A DNA stretch of 63,832 bases, the filler included, from Basidiobolus ranarum (taxonomy: Eukaryota), in NCBI GenBank assembly GCA_040143965.1. It is 38 parts of 38 records of this genome, joined end to end, with 100 filler letters (N's around TTAATTAATTAA, not from the genome) between each part and the next. Parts side by side here need not be neighbours in the genome. Positions count along the whole stretch, not along the records: positions 62,259 to 63,832 come from JASJQH010011683.1; 37 more parts are not named here. The stretch is one strand, 5' to 3'. The notes under the pieces are model-generated. The model ran no database searches, was not told where the DNA came from, and saw nothing but the letters and a program-made list of their open reading frames with translations. Numbering within the stretch: position 1 is the first letter of the stretch; each line of letters begins with the position of its first letter. Shown piece after piece: positions 62,728-63,832 of the stretch. Made by a program: the position numbers and the translations under genes.

Positions 62728-63832
62728 AATTTGAATTCCAGAAATTAGATAATTTTTGATCATTTTGCTCAAATAAACAATTCCAATATGGCCAAATCTC
62801 TTATGCCATAATTGAATAGTTTCTTGATTGGAATAACTTATATTTACACATAAACCACTTGTAATATATATAAGTTTGTATAAGTTTTGATCCTGTTCTC
62901 CGAAAGCTAAATAATTTCCATTTTGATCAGTCAAGGTGCATCCTGACTAATCAAAATTGAATTTTAGCCCTTCTGAGGTGGCCTTGCATACAGATATTAA
63001 GTTCTTGGCAATATCTGGAACATGTAGTATATCCTTAAAGTATATACTTTCTCTTCAAAAGCTCCAGTTAAATTGACTTGAACTGTTCCATTCCAACAAC
63101 ATCCAATGTGCAGTCATCTCCCCTGAAAACCTTTCTAATTGGGATTTCTTTATAATCCACAAACCAATGTTTTTCATTTGTGAAATGTTGAGAAGCTCCA
63201 GAATCAATATACATTATCTGAGAATCCTTGTTGGTAGTCATAGATAGAGCAGATATGAACAAGTGATCTTCTGTTGTAAACACATTTCCAGATTCAGTAA
63301 GTTTTTCTTCTTTGCAATTTTTTTAAAGCAATCTTTACTTAAATGGCCAGTTCTTTTACAGTAATCACAGAATGTGTTACTTTTCTTCTTAAAGTGCTTT
63401 TGACCTTTATAGGAAGGTTTCCCATAACCTATTAAAGCATTCTCTTCATTCTTTTGGTTGCATCCTGGATTGCATAAATCTTCATCCAGAAGTCTGCCAA
63501 ATGCATAATTTAAGGTCAAATTTTCAAGTCTTGATTCTAGAGCCATTACTTGGCTCTGAAACTCATGTGGCAGGCTGTTCAGGACTGTAACTATGATACC
63601 TTGATCAGTGGTAGGTACTCCAATGCATTCCATTTCATCCACTAAAATAGTGATTTTGTTCATTAGTAATTTAATGTCTTCTCCTGGCTTCATCTTTAAG
63701 TTAAAGAATTGACTTCTTAGCAACATCTTGTTGGCAGCAGAACTTGTTTGGTAGGTGTCTTCCAAGGCTTTCCATACCTTCTTGGTGGTTTTAGCTCTTG
63801 AACATTGAATTAGCAATTTGTCTTTAACATTA
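62728..63832 (-). mobile_element. Ty1/Copia gag, zinc knuckle, protease and GAG-pre-integrase
   Basis: CDYCKRTGHLSKDC, IDSGASQHF, LWHKRFGHI. Confidence 0.93.

Noticed and set aside
1-63832. tRNA, rRNA or prokaryotic defence systems
   Set aside because: None recognised by eye; tRNAscan-SE and Infernal were not run

Overview
This window is not contiguous genome. It is 38 unrelated contigs of about 1.57-1.59 kb, in decreasing size order, joined by 37 artificial 100-bp spacers (N44-TTAATTAATTAA-N44), so no synteny can be inferred across spacers. The DNA is eukaryotic and fungal-like: it has short GT-AG introns, a chitin synthase, a fungal-type NRPS and proteinase K-type subtilisins. A Basidiobolus-like early-diverging fungus is my inference only. 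Most contigs are decayed, CpG-poor, nested transposons of three kinds. (i) One abundant CACTA/En-Spm-like (CMC) DNA transposon family with CCCTAACA termini, an intron-containing transposase and a head-to-head second ORF of unknown function. (ii) At least three Ty1/Copia LTR families, two of them with a half-tRNA-iMet PBS. (iii) Ty3/Gypsy elements, including chromoviruses. The gene-bearing contigs carry a DJ-1/PfpI protein, an NRPS C-A junction, a close homologue of the Dictyostelium adhesion protein DdCAD-1, a chitin synthase, tandem subtilisins, tandem CsbD-like proteins, tandem sugar transporters and several secreted low-complexity proteins. They also carry a tandem pair of Cys-free precursors (signal peptide, acidic pro-region, Arg/Trp-rich tail) that resemble antimicrobial peptide precursors. 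That pair and the DdCAD-1-like gene are the best novelty candidates. All family calls come from motif recognition by eye; no searches were run.
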